Source: Akkermansia muciniphila
Lineage (GTDB): Bacteria > Verrucomicrobiota > Kiritimatiellia > RFP12 > JAAYNR01
Assembly: GCA_945870025.1 (NCBI GenBank)
Contig: CAMBQN010000003.1
Location: 72,640 to 136,639 of the forward strand
Length of the DNA stretch: 64,000 nt
Direction of reading: 5' to 3'
The notes under the pieces were generated by a model, which saw nothing but the letters and a program-made list of their open reading frames with translations, ran no database searches and was not told the origin of the DNA. Shown piece after piece: positions 29,240 through 37,868 of this stretch (the stretch's first letter is position 1; every line of letters begins with the position of its first letter). The translations under genes were made by a program, and so were the position numbers.

Positions 29240-30658
29240 ATGCGTTTGAAAAACCAGACATCCGCTGCGGAAAGCGCCCTGACGAGGAGATTGACCCTGA
29301 ACGAGCGCGTGTATCGCACGTCTTTAGGGCTGGCCGTCCTCTGTGTCATGACCACCCTGCTGGCCTGTGCCGGCAAGCGCGCCGAGTCAGTCGCCACGCC
29401 CGCCGCCGAATTGCAGATCGTCTCCGTTCCTGCCGGCGCCCGCGTGCTGATCAACCGCGTGGAGCGTGGCACCACCCCCTTGACCGTCTCGAACCTTCCT
29501 CCAGGCGAACACTTGGTGACCCTGATCACGCGAGGCTATCGCGACCACTATGAAACGGCCGTTCTGGGCGTCAATGCCCGCCGCATGCTCGATGTCACCC
29601 TCGAGCCGCTCTCCGCCATGCTCATCGCCCAGAGCACGCCGCGCGGCGCGACCGTTTCCGCGGGCGGGGTCGATCTAGGCGTAACCCCGATCCTGATCAA
29701 CTCGCTGCTGCCGGGCACGCACCGTTTGCGCTTCAACCTGCCGGGTTTCCAGCCGACCGAACGGGAGGTGATCTTATCGGAGCGCACGCCCGTGAAGGTC
29801 GCCGTCGACTTGCGTTCCGACTCCGCCACGCTCACCCTCGTGACCGACCCGCCGGGCGCGACGGTCACAGTCAACGGCATTCCGCGCGGCACGACGCCCT
29901 GCGTCGTTGAACGAATCCCCGAGGGCGAGGCCATTATCGACGTCCGCTCCGACGGATTTATCGGTGTCAGCCAGCCCGTCAAACTCGCTGCCGGAGAGGC
30001 CCAGACATTGAACCTCACCCTCTCGCCCAAACCCGCCCGGTTGGTTGTGACCTCCAGACCGTCCGGCGCCCGCGTTTACATCAATAATGAACGTCGCGGC
30101 GACACCCCCCTCACCCTCGCCGATCTACAGCCCGGAACCTATCGCGTCCGGGTCGAAAAGGACGGCTACGACCCCCTCGCCCGCACGCTTGACCTCGTCC
30201 GCGCCGGGGACTCGATCGAAGAATTCGGCCTTGCCTCCAACACCGGTCTGATTCAACTGACCACCACGCCCGCCGATGTCGAGATCTTCGTGGCCGGCAA
30301 GACCGTGGGCAAGACCGTCGCGGGTAAGGATGAAACCACCAATCTGTCTAATCCCCTGCTCATCGGTGGACTGGCCGTCGGCACCCATGCGCTCAAGCTC
30401 GTCCGCAAAGGATGGGCCGAGAAAACCATCGAGGTCACCGTGCAACGCGGCGAGACGGTGACTCGCCACGTCGCGCTGGATCGCCTCTTCATCCCCGACT
30501 ACGAGGTGATCACCGTCTCGGGGACCGTTTACCGCGGCGTTTTCTACGCCATCACCGATCTGGGCGTGCGCATGGAAACCGCGCCTGGTGTGATAACCGA
30601 CATCGCGGCTAAAGACATCCAAAAGCGCGGTAGCCTCCGGGACGACGTCCCCAAATAG
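29240..30658 (+). CDS. multi-PEGA-domain protein
   Basis: At least 5 PEGA repeats (e.g. VSVPAGARVLINRVERGTTPLTVSNLPPGEHLVTL; TDPPGATVTVNGIPRGTTP; SRPSGARVYINNERRGDTPLTLADLQPGTYRVRVEKDGY). Signal/anchor helix LAVLCVMTTLLAC. Start at ATG 29240. Confidence 0.75.
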   Translation: MRLKNQTSAAESALTRRLTLNERVYRTSLGLAVLCVMTTLLACAGKRAESVATPAAELQIVSVPAGARVLINRVERGTTPLTVSNLPPGEHLVTLITRGYRDHYETAVLGVNARRMLDVTLEPLSAMLIAQSTPRGATVSAGGVDLGVTPILINSLLPGTHRLRFNLPGFQPTEREVILSERTPVKVAVDLRSDSATLTLVTDPPGATVTVNGIPRGTTPCVVERIPEGEAIIDVRSDGFIGVSQPVKLAAGEAQTLNLTLSPKPARLVVTSRPSGARVYINNERRGDTPLTLADLQPGTYRVRVEKDGYDPLARTLDLVRAGDSIEEFGLASNTGLIQLTTTPADVEIFVAGKTVGKTVAGKDETTNLSNPLLIGGLAVGTHALKLVRKGWAEKTIEVTVQRGETVTRHVALDRLFIPDYEVITVSGTVYRGVFYAITDLGVRMETAPGVITDIAAKDIQKRGSLRDDVPK

Positions 30659-30669
30659 TGAGACGATTC

Positions 30670-31659
30670 CTACCGCTGTTTCCCGGTCTCTTTCCCGGTC
30701 TCTGTCCCTTTATCAAAACGCCTGACCGGGCGGTGGCAGTAAGGCGTCGTCCCCTTCTGAAAATAATAGTCCTGATGATAAGCCTCGGCGGGCCAGAACC
30801 GGGCGGCGGGCAGGAGTGTGGTGACCACCGCAAAACCGTTTTCCCTCAGCCGTGCGACGAGCGCCTCGGCGGTTTTTTTCTGGGCCTCATCCCGGTAAAA
30901 CACCACCGAGCGGTACTGCTCGCCGATGTCAGGCCCCTGCCGGTCGCGCTGCGTCGGGTCGTGGATTTCAAAGAAGAGACGTGCCAGCGCCTCGTAATCG
31001 GTCTGGCGAGGATCATAGCAGACTTCGACCGCCTCGATGTGGCCCGTGCCCCCCGCACAGACCTGTTGATAGGTGGGGTTCTCGACGGTGCCTCCCGTGT
31101 AGCCACTGACCACGCGAATGACGCCTGTGGCCTGTTGGAGAAAATACTCGACTCCCCAGAAGCAGCCGCCTGCAAACACCGCCCGCGCAAAACCGGCGGT
31201 GTCGAGCGCCGCGTCGCCGACAAAGGCCATGGACAGCGAATTGACGCAATGACGCGTGTTGCGCGGCGTGAGCCGCTCGCCGGTGAAGACGTGACCGAGA
31301 TGACCGCCGCAGATGGCGCAGAGAATCTCGGTGCGCCGGCCATCCGCATCGGGAACCCGCCTCACCGCACCTGGAACCTCGGCGTCAAATGCCGGCCAGC
31401 CGCACCCCGAGTCAAATTTGTCCGATGCGCGGTAAAGCGCCGCACCGCACCGGCGGCAGGTATAGACGCCCGCCGCGTCATGGGTGTCAAACGCGCCGGA
31501 AAACGGCCGCTCCGTTTCCTTGCCGACGATCACGCGCGTCTCTTCGGCCGTCAAATCTCGCCATTCGGGTTTCATAAGTCCCGCTCCTTCTGATGCGCCC
31601 GCCGCCCCTAGCCAGGCCGCCGCGCCGCACACGATCATCCGCGTGAACTGTTTGCGCAT
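30670..31659 (-). CDS. msrAB: bifunctional methionine sulfoxide reductase MsrB-MsrA, exported
   Basis: Signal peptide MRKQFTRMIVCGAAAWLGAAGA. MsrB motifs CRRCGAAL...CGWPAF...CAICGGHLGHVF. MsrA motif GGCFWGVEYF. Confidence 0.88.
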   Translation of the reverse strand: MRKQFTRMIVCGAAAWLGAAGASEGAGLMKPEWRDLTAEETRVIVGKETERPFSGAFDTHDAAGVYTCRRCGAALYRASDKFDSGCGWPAFDAEVPGAVRRVPDADGRRTEILCAICGGHLGHVFTGERLTPRNTRHCVNSLSMAFVGDAALDTAGFARAVFAGGCFWGVEYFLQQATGVIRVVSGYTGGTVENPTYQQVCAGGTGHIEAVEVCYDPRQTDYEALARLFFEIHDPTQRDRQGPDIGEQYRSVVFYRDEAQKKTAEALVARLRENGFAVVTTLLPAARFWPAEAYHQDYYFQKGTTPYCHRPVRRFDKGTETGKETGKQR

Positions 31660-31700
31660 GGATACCTTCTCCGCCCCAGTCCCGTCCGGAACCCACAGAG

Positions 31701-31841
31701 GCGCTTGCAAAACCCCTGCAAGCGCCGGTTTCAGGTTTCAGTGTTCAGGTTTCAGGAAGACGCAACATCGTGTGGTTCTTCCTGACACCCGAAACCTAAC
31801 ACCTGAACACTCCGCTTGCAAAACAGGTTTTTGCAAGTGCC
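31701..31841. repeat. nested hairpin element with GGTTTCAG-type arms flanked by two CTTGCAAAAC mini-hairpins
   Basis: GCGCTTGCAAAACCCCTGCAAGCGCC (31701-31726). Arm GGTTTCAGGTTTCAGTGTTCAGGTTTCAGGAAGA (31727-31760). 15-nt loop. Complementary arm TTCTTCCTGACACCCGAAACCTAACACCTGAACAC (31776-31810). CCGCTTGCAAAACAGGTTTTTGCAAGTGCC (31812-31841). The element lies between divergent genes. Confidence 0.75.
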
Positions 31842-31975
31842 TCATAAGGATAAACCAGAATCGGAGGGTTGGCAATAGTTCTTAGCCGATACTAACCGTT
31901 TGCACTCGCGCCAACAATCCGGTAAACTCTTCACCATTGTTTTCACTCAACACCTACTAACCAGCCCCCGGAGAT

Positions 31976-33064
31976 GTGTCAACCGTGTCCACACCATCAT
32001 CCCAGCCGGCAACCGAACCCCTTTGGACGATCCGCACCGAGAAGGGCGCGCTCTTCGGTCCGGCCGCACGCGAAACCCTGCGGGGCTGGGCGCACGATGG
32101 CCGAATCGCCCCGACCAGCGAAGCCTCGCAAAATGGAACGGACTGGGTGCCCGTCACCACGCTCGGTCTCGAGATGGACTGGATTGCCGAAATTGCCCCC
32201 GCCACGTTCTATGGGCCGATCCATCGCTATGCCCTGAACGAATTGATCCGGGAGGGATCGCTCAAGGCCACCGCCGCAACCTTCCGACGCGAGCAGGCCG
32301 ACGATCCTGCGCCCGCGCACCAGCAGGCCGATCTACTCGCTGCCGTTGCCGCACGGCGTGACGCGCTCGCCCACGCAGAGGCATCCGACCAGCGCGCGGC
32401 AACCCTCCAGAGCGCGTTGAACCAGGCGCAGTCCGATCTCAAGGCGCGCGACCACGAGTTCGATGCCGAACGCCAGGAGCTGAAAGCCGCGCAGAACCGC
32501 CTGCAGGCCGAAGGCATCAAGAAAGAGGGCCGAATCGCCGCCTTGGAATCGGATGTCGCCCGTCTGCAGGGCGCCGCCACGAACGGCCAGGCCTTGCAGA
32601 CGCGCGCCGAAGAGCTGGATGCCGCGCTGGCTCAAGCCCGCCGGGATGCCGATGAGGCGAAGCGACAGGCCGAGCTTCTCCGCCAATCGCTCCTCCGTGC
32701 CGAGCAGGAATGCACCGCCGCGCGCGCGCAGGCCGATCACGCACGCCGCGAACAGGCGGCTGACGCCGCGCGCTTCCAGGCGCAAACCGCTCGCGTCGAG
32801 AGCGCGCGTCGCCTCTCCCAGCAACTGGCGGCTTCCCTCGCCGCCAACGATTCACCCGCCACCGAAGACGCTTTCATCGTCGCCGAGCCCGATGCGTCCC
32901 TACCGCCCATCTCGGCCCCAAGCGGCAAGAAAACCGCCGCGTCTCTCTCGCTGGCCGATCTGGAGGTGCAGGCCCAGCGTGAACTGCGCAAGATCAGTGA
33001 AACCAGCGGCGGCCTTTTTAAAGGCCAGAAAAAAAACAACACGCCTAACACGCCCCGTCCATGA
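31976..33064 (+). CDS. GYF_2 (DUF4339)-like domain + coiled-coil protein
   Basis: The N-terminus PLWTIRTEKGALFGPAARETLRGWAHDGRIAPTSEASQNGTDWVPV fits the W..(x)..GP..(x)..G.I..(x)..W.P pattern of GYF_2. The rest is A/E/Q/R-rich heptad coiled coil. GTG start, uncertain. Confidence 0.55.
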   Translation: MSTVSTPSSQPATEPLWTIRTEKGALFGPAARETLRGWAHDGRIAPTSEASQNGTDWVPVTTLGLEMDWIAEIAPATFYGPIHRYALNELIREGSLKATAATFRREQADDPAPAHQQADLLAAVAARRDALAHAEASDQRAATLQSALNQAQSDLKARDHEFDAERQELKAAQNRLQAEGIKKEGRIAALESDVARLQGAATNGQALQTRAEELDAALAQARRDADEAKRQAELLRQSLLRAEQECTAARAQADHARREQAADAARFQAQTARVESARRLSQQLAASLAANDSPATEDAFIVAEPDASLPPISAPSGKKTAASLSLADLEVQAQRELRKISETSGGLFKGQKKNNTPNTPRP

Positions 33065-34641
33065 ACGCCGATAAAACAGACACCCGCCAGTGGTTCCTGC
33101 GAATCGCCGGCAAAACCATCTTCGGTCCGGTCTCCACCTCCGGCATCGTCGTGTGGGCCGAACAGGGCCGCATCCTTCCGGGTCATGAGGTCTCCACCGA
33201 CCAGACGACGTGGCTGCCGGCCGAACAGGTCGCCGAACTGGGCATCGCCTGGTACATTGATGACGGCGCGGGCAACCTCCGCGGCCCCCTCAACCGGACA
33301 GCCGCCGATGCCATCCTCACCAGCGGCAAGGCTCCTCCCGACGCGCGGCTCGTCCACGCCGACAAGGCCGACCTGGCGCGCGTCATCCGCCCCGGCGCCG
33401 AACCCCGTGTCACCGGCGCACAGCCAGAAAAACCGTCCAAAGAGGGTGACGCGCTCCGCCTCCGAGTCGCCACACTTGAAGCCGAGAACGCCCGCCAAAA
33501 GGAGACGCTGGCCGCCGCCAAACAAGCCGCCAAGCAGTGCGCGGCCCTTGAACACGAACGCGACAGCCTCCGGTTGGCCCTGGCCGAAACCGAAAAACGG
33601 GCCGTTCCCGAATCCGATATCGCCCGCCTTCGAGAAGCCGCATGCTCCGCTGATAGCCAACGCCTCTCCGCAGAACAAGAACGTGACGCCTGCCGCGCAC
33701 AAGCGGCCGAAGCGGCGCGAAAGCAGGTCGCCGCGGAACAGCGCGTCTCCCACGCGGAGCGTCTGCTGGATGAGGCGCGCGCCCAGACTGCGGCAGCCGA
33801 ACGCGCGCAGTCTCTGGCCGTGACGCACGCCGACGCGCTGAAACGCGATCTGGCTGCGGCCCAATCCGCCTACTCCGACCTGCTCACGCTCTCGAACACC
33901 CGTGAGACCGAGCTTCAGTCCCGCATCGCCGATCTGGAAAAACCGCTCTCCCCCGTCGCTCGCGCGGCCGAGGCGTGCACGGCGGACCCGCTCGGCGCCC
34001 TGGCGCAAATCTTCGGCCAGGAGGTTGAGCGTCTTGAAAATGATCTGACGCTGGAGCGCGAGGCCGTTGCGGGCTTGCGCGATTGGTCCACACGCCGGCA
34101 GGAGGCGATCCAAAGTCGCATCCAAGAACTCACCCGAATCCTTCGGGGTGAATTGGATGGCGCCGCCCCGCGCCGCCCCGCCACCGAGACAGGCGGTCGG
34201 CGCAATCCGGCCGATGCCGTCCGCCTTCAGGCCGAAATGGCCACGCTCCGCGCGACGCAGGTGCAGGAGGCGCGCTTGGCCGATGAACGGGAGTCCGAAC
34301 TCACCCGCAAGATTCGCGTGCTGGAAGCCGAAGACACCCGCCTGCGGACGCGGGTCACCGAAACGGATAAACTGGCGCGCCAGAACCAGGAACTGGCCGA
34401 GACCATCCGCCGGCGCGAACAGGATCTGGGACTGGAGCGGAAGCAGCGAGAGGTCGAGCGCGAACACCATGCCTCCACCCAGCAGGCGCTCCTCCGCCGC
34501 ATCGAACAACTCGAACACACGCCGGAATCGCGCGGCGACGAAACGCCACCGCCCCCCCAGACCGGGGGCAACGCCCGCAACCCCGCGCCGTTCGCGCTCA
34601 ACCGCGGCAAGCTTTCGTCCTGGATCCGTCTGAAGAGGTAG
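33061..34641 (+). CDS. GYF_2-like domains + long coiled-coil protein (paralogue of upstream gene)
   Basis: RQWFLRIAGKTIFGPVSTSGIVVWAEQGRILPGHEVSTDQTTWLPAEQVAELG, a second weaker GYF-like unit, and about 350 aa of coiled coil. ATGA overlap with the upstream gene. Confidence 0.6.
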   Translation: MNADKTDTRQWFLRIAGKTIFGPVSTSGIVVWAEQGRILPGHEVSTDQTTWLPAEQVAELGIAWYIDDGAGNLRGPLNRTAADAILTSGKAPPDARLVHADKADLARVIRPGAEPRVTGAQPEKPSKEGDALRLRVATLEAENARQKETLAAAKQAAKQCAALEHERDSLRLALAETEKRAVPESDIARLREAACSADSQRLSAEQERDACRAQAAEAARKQVAAEQRVSHAERLLDEARAQTAAAERAQSLAVTHADALKRDLAAAQSAYSDLLTLSNTRETELQSRIADLEKPLSPVARAAEACTADPLGALAQIFGQEVERLENDLTLEREAVAGLRDWSTRRQEAIQSRIQELTRILRGELDGAAPRRPATETGGRRNPADAVRLQAEMATLRATQVQEARLADERESELTRKIRVLEAEDTRLRTRVTETDKLARQNQELAETIRRREQDLGLERKQREVEREHHASTQQALLRRIEQLEHTPESRGDETPPPPQTGGNARNPAPFALNRGKLSSWIRLKR

Positions 34642-34643
34642 CC

Positions 34644-35198
34644 ATGAATACAGGTGACTCCATCATCGCACGCCCCGCCGCGCTGGCCGACGCAATCCCG
34701 ATCTACACGCTGATCCGCCAACATCAGGACGAACTGATCGTCCGCCCGATGAGCGACGTGATCATGAACATCGACCGCTTTCACGTGTGCGAAGACGGCG
34801 GGCGGATTGTCGCGTGCGCCGCCTGGCAGATTCTTCCGGAGGTCGGCGATCCCTCGAAGGCGTCGGTGGAGATCCAGTCGGTCGCGGTCTGCGCGTCCTG
34901 CCGTCGCCAGCACATCGGCACGCGCATGGTCCGGGCCGTTCTGGCGCGGGTCGAGGCGTTCGCGCCGACCCAGGCGATCGTACTCACCTTCGCCCCCGAG
35001 TTCTTCCGCACGCTGGGCTTTCACGAAGTTCCCAAAACCTCGCTGATGCACAAAATCTACATGGGGTGCATCAATTGCACCAAATACTCCAACCCGTTCA
35101 CCTGCCCCGAAATCGCCATGGCGCTCGACTTGCACGGCCCGCGCACCCGCGCGGCTGTATCCGCCGCCGCGCCTGCTCCAGAGGTGAGGGAATCATGA
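34644..35198 (+). CDS. GNAT-family N-acetyltransferase
   Basis: 184 aa. Acetyl-CoA motif A context IQSVAVCASCRRQHIGTRMVRAVL, followed by FFRTLGFHEV. Starts 2 nt after the upstream stop. Confidence 0.7.
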   Translation: MNTGDSIIARPAALADAIPIYTLIRQHQDELIVRPMSDVIMNIDRFHVCEDGGRIVACAAWQILPEVGDPSKASVEIQSVAVCASCRRQHIGTRMVRAVLARVEAFAPTQAIVLTFAPEFFRTLGFHEVPKTSLMHKIYMGCINCTKYSNPFTCPEIAMALDLHGPRTRAAVSAAAPAPEVRES

Positions 35199-35596
35199 CG
35201 ACCCCAATGAGCGCCCATGCGCGCGGGTTTGCCGTGCTGATCGTGCTGGCCGTTCTCGCGGGATGCGCCACGCCGCAGCCGCCCGCAGCCGCCCGCGCTG
35301 ATCTGGCCGATCTGGCGCTGTACACCGATGCCTCCGATCAGGTGTGGTTCAACGGTAAGCCCTATCCCGTCGAGCGTCTCGCCAACGCCTTGAAGACGAT
35401 GCGCGTGCCGGCCAACCAGCCTATTCGGATCAACATCCCAGACAGCACTAAACGCGACCTGTTTGCCCGCGTCGCAACGGCCCTTCGCGCCGCCGGGTTT
35501 TCGCGCGTTTTTTTTGTCAGCGAACAACATGCCGAATCTCACGTGAAGGAACCGGGGATTCCGAATAAGCCGGCGCGGTCGCCGGCCGCGCCATGA
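35195..35596 (+). CDS. small lipoprotein, ExbD/TolR-like C-terminal region (tentative)
   Basis: ATG 35195. Lipobox LAVLAGC. The segment VWFNGKPYPVERLANALKTM...PIRINIPDSTKRDLFARVATALRAAGFSRVFF resembles the ExbD periplasmic domain. Confidence 0.45.
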   Translation: MTTPMSAHARGFAVLIVLAVLAGCATPQPPAAARADLADLALYTDASDQVWFNGKPYPVERLANALKTMRVPANQPIRINIPDSTKRDLFARVATALRAAGFSRVFFVSEQHAESHVKEPGIPNKPARSPAAP

Positions 35597-35609
35597 GCCT
35601 CTAAACACC

Positions 35610-37628
35610 ATGAATACATGCACGCTTACCGCTGAAACAACGATTCAGGATCACAGCCGCCGTGCGGCCGTGGCCCATGCCGCCCACGCGCTGCGCCAGG
35701 ACGTGCGGCGCAAGCTCGGACTCGAGCGCGGCGGCGCTCGCGCCCCAGTCTCGGCCGGCATCACGTTGCGTCTGGCTCCCGACGGCGGCGCCTTCGACGC
35801 CCACGTCATCGACGTGCACCCCGAAGGGATCACCATCACCGGCAGCGACGAACTCGGTCTGATCCATGGCATCTACGCCTTCAGCGCGCGCTGGCTGGAG
35901 TCCGATCCGTGCCGTTATTTCACCGGCGTCGTCCCCGCGCGCGCCGATCAGATCGAGATTCCCTGCGGCACGTCGGCCTCCCAGCCCCGCACCTTTCGCC
36001 ACCGCGGGTTCTTCTTCAACGATGAGGATCTGCTGGTCGGCTTTCATCTGGAAAAACCCGAGCACGGATTTTCCATGGAGGTGTGGCACGAGCTGCTCGA
36101 ACTCGCTCTGCGCATGGACTGCACCTGCGTCATCCCGGGCACCAACATCCTCCCCGATGAACCGCAGATCACGCTCGCCTCGGAACTGGGCCTCTACATC
36201 GCCCAGCACCACGCCGAGCCGCTCGGCTCCGCGCCGTTCTACTGGCCGCGCGGCATCCCCTTCTCCTGGTCGACCAACCGTGACGACATCCTCGCCTACT
36301 GGCGCAAGGCCATCACGCGACAGACAGGGAAGAAGGTGCTGTGGACGCTCAACTTCCGCGGGCTGATCGACCGTCCGTTCTGGGTGGACGACCCCAACAT
36401 GAAGCCCGATGCGCCGCTGGAGATCAAGGCGCAGATCATCAACGAAGTCCTGGCGGCTCAGTACCAGCTCATCCGTGACGTCCGCGGGGAGGACCAGCCC
36501 GAAACCTTCGGCTACCTCTGGGGCGAACTGTACACCCTCTACAACGCCGGCCTGCTCCGATTCTCTGAAGGGACGACCATCATCCATACGGACGATGGCG
36601 ACGCCTGCATGCGAAAAAACCTGGAGGAATTGGTAGGCCGCTCGACGCACGCGACGGGCGTCTATCAGCACATCTCCATGTTCAACGGCGCCCAATCCAT
36701 GCGCGTCACGAGCTATGCGCCGCGCGTCTATGCACGCGAACTCAAGCGCGCGGTCGATCTGGGCATGAACCGCATCCTGATCCTCAACGTCGGCAACGTG
36801 CGCGAAAAGATCTTCAATCTGCGGCAGGTCATGGGCTACGCCAGCGACTACGCCGCCATGGCCGCCATCTGCGGCCCGGACGGGGACGGCACTTTCGGCT
36901 GGTACACCCGGCACGTGCTCGGCACGGAACACCACGAGGTCGCCGACGCCTACCGCGCGCTGACCGATATTCCCTTCGCGGCCGACGACAGCCGGCCGGA
37001 CAACACCGTGGGGGACAACCTCTATCCGATACTCGTCCGCTTCACCCTCCAGCGCGTTTACAACCGCGAGGACAAGCCGCCGGACATCTGGGGCCTGAAG
37101 CGATTTTCAACCTTGCGCGAGGCGTTGAGCTGGTTCGGCGAGCGGATGGACGCGGCCGAGCCGAAATGGGCGATCGCCGCCGAGCGCGCCCACGACGCCG
37201 TTCGTCATCTTCACGGCAACCGCCGGACCTTCTTTGAAAACGAAGCCCTGGCCCAACTCGACAAATCCCTGCACCAGACGCGCATGGCACGGGCCTTCTG
37301 CCGCTCGGTGATGCACTATCTGGATCGGCGCGGCTACGACGCCTATCTCGAAGCCTATCAGGCGCTGCGCCACGTCGAGGCCGCCCTAGCGGTCGAAGCG
37401 CGCATCGAGACCGGCGAGTTCACGGGCTGGCACCGCAACGACCTCAACTGCCGTACCTGGAAGTGCAAGGACTTCCTGACCACCTGGCACGCGATGCTCA
37501 ATGACCAGCGCTGGATGAATCTCGAAGGTATGGCTGAGGGTCCCCAGCCCTGCTACGCGGCCTACAAGTACAACCCGAACTTCTCGACCGCCTACAGGCC
37601 CGACCTGTTCCTGCAGCCCGAACGGTGA
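35610..37628 (+). CDS. glycoside hydrolase, GH115-like (tentative)
   Basis: 672 aa. N-terminal GITITGSDELGLIHGIYAFS, then FRHRGFFFNDEDLL and TLNFRGLIDRPFW, which resemble GH115 signatures. Family assignment is from memory only. Confidence 0.5.
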   Translation: MNTCTLTAETTIQDHSRRAAVAHAAHALRQDVRRKLGLERGGARAPVSAGITLRLAPDGGAFDAHVIDVHPEGITITGSDELGLIHGIYAFSARWLESDPCRYFTGVVPARADQIEIPCGTSASQPRTFRHRGFFFNDEDLLVGFHLEKPEHGFSMEVWHELLELALRMDCTCVIPGTNILPDEPQITLASELGLYIAQHHAEPLGSAPFYWPRGIPFSWSTNRDDILAYWRKAITRQTGKKVLWTLNFRGLIDRPFWVDDPNMKPDAPLEIKAQIINEVLAAQYQLIRDVRGEDQPETFGYLWGELYTLYNAGLLRFSEGTTIIHTDDGDACMRKNLEELVGRSTHATGVYQHISMFNGAQSMRVTSYAPRVYARELKRAVDLGMNRILILNVGNVREKIFNLRQVMGYASDYAAMAAICGPDGDGTFGWYTRHVLGTEHHEVADAYRALTDIPFAADDSRPDNTVGDNLYPILVRFTLQRVYNREDKPPDIWGLKRFSTLREALSWFGERMDAAEPKWAIAAERAHDAVRHLHGNRRTFFENEALAQLDKSLHQTRMARAFCRSVMHYLDRRGYDAYLEAYQALRHVEAALAVEARIETGEFTGWHRNDLNCRTWKCKDFLTTWHAMLNDQRWMNLEGMAEGPQPCYAAYKYNPNFSTAYRPDLFLQPER

Positions 37629-37641
37629 GCGCCGATGGAGA

Positions 37642-37672
37642 GTGTGTGGGTGTGTGGGTGTGTGGGTGTGTG
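37642..37672. repeat. (GTGTGTGG)n low-complexity arm
   Basis: GTGTGTGGGTGTGTGGGTGTGTGGGTGTGTG lies immediately after the stop of the upstream hydrolase gene. Its complement (CACCCACACAC)n occurs at 58943-58971 and 61903-61923. Confidence 0.8.
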
Positions 37673-37725
37673 ATTTTCATTGATCGGTTCGATCGTATCA
37701 TGCTATAAATTTACCCACCACTTCC

Positions 37726-37811
37726 GCCAGGGTGGCGAAATGGCAGACGCAGTGGACTCAAAATCCACCGGTGGCAACACCGTGAGGGTTCGACTCCCTC
37801 CCCTGGCACCA
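37726..37811 (+). tRNA. tRNA-Leu (CAA)
   Basis: Acceptor GCCAGGG/CCCTGGC, anticodon stem GTGGA/TCCAC with loop CTCAAAA (anticodon CAA), long variable arm CGGTGGCAACACCGTG, T arm GAGGG-TTCGACT-CCCTC, encoded CCA. Confidence 0.93.
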
Positions 37812-37868
37812 AACTAAAAAGCCCCGTTTTATTCGGGGCCAAAAAGCGATTTCTTATCCATTGAACAA

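Noticed and set aside
37815-37845. Hairpin GCCCCG-TTTTATT-CGGGGC after tRNA-Leu as a terminator.
   Set aside because: On the plus strand it is followed by an A-tract rather than a T-tract. The U-tract exists only on the minus strand, where no upstream gene needs terminating. It is not reported as a feature.
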